Shown: positions 58,977 through 64,000 of the stretch, piece by piece | How the letters are laid out: the number at the start of each line of letters is the position of its first letter | Numbering within the stretch: position 1 is the stretch's first letter | Made by a program: the position numbers and the translations under genes | The notes under the pieces: model-generated | What the model was told of the DNA's origin: nothing | The model's input: the letters and a program-made list of their open reading frames with translations, nothing else | Databases searched by the model: none | Source of the DNA: Candidatus Omnitrophota bacterium | Lineage (GTDB): Bacteria; Omnitrophota; Gorgyraeia; Zapsychrales; JANLHA01 | DNA: 64,000 bases | NCBI GenBank assembly: GCA_022711395.1 | Contig: JAKLFA010000002.1 | Coordinates: 67,864-131,863 of the forward strand | Direction of reading: 5' to 3'

Positions 58977-59053
58977 TATTCATTATAGGAGCGATCCATA
59001 GTTTTGTAAACCCTGGATTCTTGAGGGGGCTGATCATACGCGTGCCGTCCTTG

Positions 59054-60349
59054 TCAGCGAAGCTGGCGGGCGTCCTTGGCCAAAGATTCAAGGTCGATAA
59101 AATGATCAGCGATATATCCGGCGAGGAATTCGTTGAAGGGCGGGCTGTAGTGCACATTGTCCACGATCGCTTTCCGCTGCGGACCCCAGACGTTGAACAG
59201 ATGCGTGATATCAAGATAGCCGGCGGGTTTGAAGTCTTTGTGGAAACGGTTGCGGAAGTCCCTTCTTCTTAAAAAGATCTCGGGAAGGTCCCTGCGATAG
59301 AGGTCCTTGGAATAGTTATACATCGCGTCCGGCTGCAGGAAGAACAGGCTTTTGACCCCGAATTCGTCGCAGACCCGCCGGGACATCCGCTGGTTCATTT
59401 CAAAGCGCTTCGCGCTGACCTCGACATAATCCTGTTTTGAATCCTCCTCCTCCCCCCGGCTGGAGCGCGGCGCGCTGGCCGGATGGCCTTTCAGGATCTT
59501 TTTTTTGATGCCATTGGCGAGCCTGATCATCGGGACCCAGTTTAAGCGCTTCATGACCGGGATCGTGTCATAGGAGTCGAACTGCAGGCTGAAAAATTTT
59601 TCGATCAGTTGGACAGTAAAGTAGGGTTCATCCGCGCCGGTCCCCCAGTTGACGCCGTCCATGAAGATCACCAGGTCCGGCCTGTGCCCGGAGCGGATCA
59701 GGGCGGTCAAAAGCGCCAGTTCCTGGCTGGGGGTGTAATGCCCGTGCCCGTAATTGGTCACCTCAATGGAAACGGCAAGGCCGGCCTGCTTTGCCCGTTC
59801 GTTTAGGGTCCTGGAAAGAAAGCTCGGCCAGGTGTGCTCATCGGAGACGTTGTAGCCGAAGGTCGTGCTGCCGCCCAGGCAAAAGACGCGGATGACCGCA
59901 AGATCATCTTGGGCCGGCGGGTTTATGGTCCGGCGGACGGGAAAACCCTTCGGGTCGGCATCGATGTGCAGAAGCTCGCCGTCAAAGAACGGCTCTGCGA
60001 ACTGGACCCAGGGCTGATAGATGAAGCCCCGTTCCGCCAGTTCGAAAAAATCATCCAGCACTGCTGAGGCGTATCGCTGGTCCGCGGCGTTCTCATAGGC
60101 GGTGTAGTCGAACCAGTCCAGCTGATATTCGCTTCGCCGCCCGTTATCCAGAGGCTTTCCGGCCGGGTCGAAGAACTTCTGGGCCTGGAGCATGTGCTTT
60201 GAAAGGACGGAGCGCCTGAACTGCTGCAGCGCCTCTCTCGCCCAAAATCCGGCGCCGATCAGCAGATTGAGCAGGATGAGAATCGCGAATGTGTTGAACG
60301 TGAAGACCGCCGCGGCCGAGTAGGCCTTTTTGAGCTTTGAGATAGTCAT
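59054..60349 (-). CDS. Membrane-anchored hypothetical protein, possible SGNH/GDSL-like hydrolase fold
   Basis: N-terminal TM. Block VFCLGGSTTFGYNVSDEHTWPS resembles SGNH block I. Weak. Confidence 0.3.
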   Translation of the reverse strand: MTISKLKKAYSAAAVFTFNTFAILILLNLLIGAGFWAREALQQFRRSVLSKHMLQAQKFFDPAGKPLDNGRRSEYQLDWFDYTAYENAADQRYASAVLDDFFELAERGFIYQPWVQFAEPFFDGELLHIDADPKGFPVRRTINPPAQDDLAVIRVFCLGGSTTFGYNVSDEHTWPSFLSRTLNERAKQAGLAVSIEVTNYGHGHYTPSQELALLTALIRSGHRPDLVIFMDGVNWGTGADEPYFTVQLIEKFFSLQFDSYDTIPVMKRLNWVPMIRLANGIKKKILKGHPASAPRSSRGEEEDSKQDYVEVSAKRFEMNQRMSRRVCDEFGVKSLFFLQPDAMYNYSKDLYRRDLPEIFLRRRDFRNRFHKDFKPAGYLDITHLFNVWGPQRKAIVDNVHYSPPFNEFLAGYIADHFIDLESLAKDARQLR

Positions 60350-60471
60350 TGGACCCGGGAGTTTGGTGCCGTTGTTTAAAATCCGCTAAAGCATATTCAT
60401 TTTACACAACAAGGGCGCCTTTTCTATGAATAATTTTGGAAACGTGACGGCCTTTTTTTGGGGCGCGCGCG

Positions 60472-63400
60472 TTACGAATCCACCCGCGACAGCTGCAAGG
60501 ACTCTTGCGCCTCCTCGGTGCCGAACTTGATCGCCGGCTCTCTCGGGTCAGCCAACCCCAGGATCGGCAGGACGCTGTTGATCGGGGTGATGTCGATGAT
60601 CACAGGCGTAAAGCCCTGGATGTCCATGTTCAGAAGCGGCTCCATGCCCGTCATATCGAACTGGATCCCCTCTCCCTCGCCTCCCTGGCGGTCGATATCG
60701 ATCGTGTTCATATCGATCCCGCCGACGTCTTTCTCGTTGTTGACTGAGGAGTTGGTTTCGGGCATCGGGCGCGGGGTTTCAAGTTTTTGGATTAACAAAG
60801 ATGATTTAGCATCCCAGTTACGATTCCATGCTTCAAATCTCGCCAGCTCGCCCAAATACTCTCTTTTTTCTCTTTCGAACTTTTCTAGATCCTCTCCATA
60901 ATCAATATCTTTTTGGCTAATCCAAGTTCCGTCAACAGGTAACAACATTGAATCGCCATAAACTGTTCTATACTCATATTCAATAACAGGTTCAGCGGGC
61001 TCTGTCGGTTCGATAGGTTCATGGTTAGAGTCTCGAGTTCTTTTTAACCCCGTTTTGATTTCATTAATAATCCTTGCTGATATTCTTCCTGACTCAAGAA
61101 TGCCTGCATCAGGATTTTTAAGCCCTATACTCCAAAGTGCATCGACCACAAGAATATTCGCAGATTGCTGCGCAAGGGTTATTAAAGGTTCTAATGCGCG
61201 GATGTCTCCTAATTCGGATAAATTTTTGATGGCTTCATTGATCGTTGGAAGATCAGACGATTTAAGAGATTGTGCATAATGGTAAACAAGGTACGCGTCA
61301 GCTAGTTGTTCTTTTGTTGCATCAAGCTTTTTCAGAGCTGTTTCAGTTTCTGCTAATCCATACTTAGAAAGCAGGGTTAATAAAGGCTGAACGGCACGCG
61401 TATCTTCAATCTCACCTAAACTTTTGCTTGCTTGTGCTGCTTGTGAAGAAGTATAAGAGCTCAGTCCTTTAATGTAGGCATCAGTTAGTTGCTGATTGGT
61501 TGCGCCTAGTTTTCGTAAGGCTGTTTCAGTTTTTTTTAATCCGTATTTAGAGAGCACAGTTAGTAAAGGCTGAACGGCACGCGCATCTCCAATCTCACCT
61601 AATCTTTCACTCACTCGCGTTACTGCTAAAGAAACATCAGAGCTAAGTGCTTTGATGTAGGCATCAGTTAGTTGCTGATTGGTTGCGCCTAGTTTTCGTA
61701 AGGCTGTTTCAGTTTTTTCTAATCTGTACTTAGAAAGCACGGTTAGTAAAGGTTGAATGGCGCGGGCATCTCCAACCTCACCCAAGCTTACACTAGCTTG
61801 TGCTACTACTGAAGAATCTGAAGATGCGAGAGCTTTGATGTAGGCATCAGTTAGTTGCTGATTGGTTGCCCCAATTCTTTTTAGAGTTGTTTCAATGTCT
61901 GAGGATGCAGTTCTTGAAAGAACTATCAACAAAGGCTTGATCGCCCGAGCATCTTTGAGTTCTTCTAAAATACCAGGAGTCCTCTCAATCGCCTCCTGCA
62001 GCCTTGTTACATCCTCATCATCAGTCTTCCAATGGTTGCCAATGATGTGTATGGCGCGAATGGCTTTCTTAATAGCGCTCGGATTTTCATTATAATCGTA
62101 ATCCAGAAAGTTTCTCGCCCATTTTAAAGTCCACGGCCAAGCTTTAATTGCCATACCCTTAAAGCCACCTGGACTTTGGTAAATAATCATTATTGCAGCT
62201 GCAATTAAAGGAGCTCCAAAAAATATTATCATTCCGGGAAGTTCTTTTCTTTCTATGGCCGCAAGCAGGCTGCCGTTAAAGGCGGCGAAGAGCCCGCCGT
62301 GCATGGCCCCCATCAGCCCAACCGGCCCGCTCAAGATCGCGGCGTTGGTTTTTTGATTCCGGTTGTAAACCTTTAAAGCCTCCTGTACACCCGGATATTC
62401 TGCAAGTATGGATTCCATCTCGTCAAAGGCTTGTGAAACGCCTTGTACGTAAAACGCATCGTATCCCATATGGGAAGCTTCACCCCATATTGCTGAAGCT
62501 TCTTCGTACGCCTTGATGATGTCTAATGGAACTATTTTAAGGTAAACATTAAGAAGCTGCTCATCGGTTACGCCAAATTTTTTTAGGGCGGTTTCGGTTT
62601 CTGGTACGCCCCTGACAAGAGCTTTTAATAGGGGTTCTATTGCTTTTGTATCACCTAACTCTCCCAATTTTATACTTGCTTGTGCAACCCAACCTGATTC
62701 TAGCCCCTCAATATACACATCAACCAACTGTTCGTTGGTTGCACCTAATTTTTTTAGGGCAGATTCTGTCTCTGGCAAGGCATGTCTGGCAAGAGATTTT
62801 AATAGGGGCTCTATCGCACGCTCATCGCCAAATTCTTCTAATTTTGTACTTGCTTTTCTGATTCTTTGATAATCTTGATAATTTGTGAATTGAAGAGCCT
62901 GAATGTATGCATCAACCAACTGTTCGTTGGTTGCACCAATTTTTTTTAGGACCGTTTCTGTTTCTGGTAAGGCATGCTGGGCAAGAGCCTTTAATAGGGG
63001 TTCTATTGCTTTTGTATCACCTAACTCTCCCAATCTTATGCTTGTTTGTGCGGTTCGATCTGATGGTAGCGCTTGAATATAAGCATCAACCAATTGTTCA
63101 TTGCTTACGCCTAATTTTTTTAAGGCAGATTCTGTCTCTGGTGAGGCATACTCGATGAGAGCTTTTAATAATGGTTCTATTGCTTTTGTGTCACCCAACT
63201 CTCCCAATCTTATGCTTGCTTGTGAAACCCAAATTGATTGTAGCATCTGAATGTATGCATCAACCAATTGTTCATTGCTTGCACCCAATTTTTTTATAGC
63301 AGATTCTGTTTCTGGAGATGGGTGTTTGGCGAGAGCCTTTAATAGTGGTTCTATTGCCTTCGCATCACTTAACTCCACCAGTTTTATTCTCGCTTGTGCT

Positions 63401-63879
63401 ACAACGGAAGACTGAGAGGATCCAAGTGCTTCAATATAAGCATCAACCAATTGTTGGTTGGTTAGATATTGTTTAATCGTATTCTCAATATCATTCACAT
63501 ATGCATCATCGATAACGGCAGCGAGAATTTTTTTCAAAAGATTAATATCATCGTTGGTATGTTCTTTTTGCTTTCCTATTAGATGAATAGCCCGAATGAC
63601 ACCCTTAGCACTTTCTTTTGATTCAATGAAATTCACGTTTTTCAATCTTTTTCTCGCTCCGCTTAACGTCCATGGCCCGCTCAGGATCGAGGCGTTGGTT
63701 TCAGTTTTTTCCTTGCGTATAATTTCAATTTTCTCTGGGGTATAAGCCAAATTTTCACGTCCTACGATGGCATACCCATCACCTATAACAATCCAACTTT
63801 CGACAGTTTCATCCTCTCGGGGATCTCCGCGGCCATACTCATTCCCTTCTGAGTCAATCAAAAGATTATATTGTGTCAA
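60472..63879 (-). CDS. Giant HEAT-like (PBS-lyase-type) repeat protein with central TM helix and duplicated N-module
   Basis: At least 12 copies of a ~58-64-aa unit (...LGELGDTKAIEPLLKAL...PETE.ALKKLGATNEQLVDAYIQAL...). Hydrophobic segment GMIIFFGAPLIAAAIMIIY in the middle. The N-module (ILSGPWTLSGARKRL...AIRAIHLIG) recurs after the first repeat array. The ATG at 63879 may not be the true start; the gene could extend toward the window edge. Confidence 0.6.
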   Translation of the reverse strand: MTQYNLLIDSEGNEYGRGDPREDETVESWIVIGDGYAIVGRENLAYTPEKIEIIRKEKTETNASILSGPWTLSGARKRLKNVNFIESKESAKGVIRAIHLIGKQKEHTNDDINLLKKILAAVIDDAYVNDIENTIKQYLTNQQLVDAYIEALGSSQSSVVAQARIKLVELSDAKAIEPLLKALAKHPSPETESAIKKLGASNEQLVDAYIQMLQSIWVSQASIRLGELGDTKAIEPLLKALIEYASPETESALKKLGVSNEQLVDAYIQALPSDRTAQTSIRLGELGDTKAIEPLLKALAQHALPETETVLKKIGATNEQLVDAYIQALQFTNYQDYQRIRKASTKLEEFGDERAIEPLLKSLARHALPETESALKKLGATNEQLVDVYIEGLESGWVAQASIKLGELGDTKAIEPLLKALVRGVPETETALKKFGVTDEQLLNVYLKIVPLDIIKAYEEASAIWGEASHMGYDAFYVQGVSQAFDEMESILAEYPGVQEALKVYNRNQKTNAAILSGPVGLMGAMHGGLFAAFNGSLLAAIERKELPGMIIFFGAPLIAAAIMIIYQSPGGFKGMAIKAWPWTLKWARNFLDYDYNENPSAIKKAIRAIHIIGNHWKTDDEDVTRLQEAIERTPGILEELKDARAIKPLLIVLSRTASSDIETTLKRIGATNQQLTDAYIKALASSDSSVVAQASVSLGEVGDARAIQPLLTVLSKYRLEKTETALRKLGATNQQLTDAYIKALSSDVSLAVTRVSERLGEIGDARAVQPLLTVLSKYGLKKTETALRKLGATNQQLTDAYIKGLSSYTSSQAAQASKSLGEIEDTRAVQPLLTLLSKYGLAETETALKKLDATKEQLADAYLVYHYAQSLKSSDLPTINEAIKNLSELGDIRALEPLITLAQQSANILVVDALWSIGLKNPDAGILESGRISARIINEIKTGLKRTRDSNHEPIEPTEPAEPVIEYEYRTVYGDSMLLPVDGTWISQKDIDYGEDLEKFEREKREYLGELARFEAWNRNWDAKSSLLIQKLETPRPMPETNSSVNNEKDVGGIDMNTIDIDRQGGEGEGIQFDMTGMEPLLNMDIQGFTPVIIDITPINSVLPILGLADPREPAIKFGTEEAQESLQLSRVDS
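61291..62023. repeat. Four near-identical ~183-bp direct tandem repeats (inside the HEAT-repeat gene)
   Basis: Unit beginning gtaggcatcagttagttgctgattggttgcgcctagttttcgtaaggctgtttcag recurs at ~61291, 61474, 61657 and 61840 (period 183 bp). Confidence 0.75.
62553..63500. repeat. Second family of ~174-192-bp tandem repeats (inside the HEAT-repeat gene)
   Basis: Unit containing atcaaccaa(c/t)tgttc(g/a)ttgg..gcacc.aattttttta recurs at ~62719, 62911, 63085, 63259 and 63443, with variable period and degenerate flanks. Confidence 0.7.
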
Positions 63880-64000
63880 ACTAGAGCCATACCATCCCCA
63901 CCCTGTAGTTAATTCGCCAATTTTTACTTTTCTTCCGCCTTCTATACGTTCATTTTGATGGACGATATCAAAATCATAACCTTGCTCACTCAGCTCAATG

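Noticed and set aside
63767-63958. 63-aa plus-strand ORF at the right edge
   Set aside because: It is antisense to the start region of the giant repeat gene, with no features.

Overview
This is a 64-kb chromosomal segment of a diderm (Gram-negative-type) bacterium, possibly an uncultivated lineage. It encodes an archaeal-type ApgM, a PFK with PPi-type residues, PEP-CTERM proteins and sigma-54 regulation. Gene density is high on both strands. Housekeeping content: valS, cimA/leuA-family, lysC, thrC, hom, gpsA, nadC, coaB, recN, pfk, queH, nnr, acpS, pdxJ, and a conserved cdaA-folP-ftsH-tilS block. There are four tRNAs: Pro on the minus strand, and a Thr-Tyr-Gly cluster. Accessory-looking loci: (1) 0.1-10.9 kb: a PEP-CTERM secreted protein, then a translationally coupled operon of MMPL/RND transporter, ThiF-like E1, LolA-like protein and an outer-membrane barrel. 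This is followed by a PilZ protein, an N-acyl-amino-acid-synthase-like GNAT and a 998-aa fusion of AMP-ligase, two ACP domains and a PlsC-type acyltransferase. I read this as a candidate, undescribed, self-contained aminolipid (ornithine-lipid-like) synthesis and export system. (2) 11.9-16.5 kb: a TPR protein, a soluble GAF histidine kinase, a sigma-54 NtrC-type response regulator (PrsK/PrsR-like) and a GAF protein. (3) 34.9-41.2 kb: a tandem-duplicated two-gene membrane-protein module, followed by a methyltransferase-GT2 fusion and a second GT2, ending at the tRNA cluster. (4) 53-59 kb: a TMTC-like TM+TPR putative GT-C protein, a GH15 hydrolase and an OtsA-OtsB fusion (trehalose). (5) 60.5-63.9 kb: a 1135-aa HEAT-repeat protein built from DNA-level ~174-192-bp tandem repeats with an internal module duplication. 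I saw no CRISPR array, transposase or integrase. All calls come from reading the ORF translations and sequence motifs; no searches were run.
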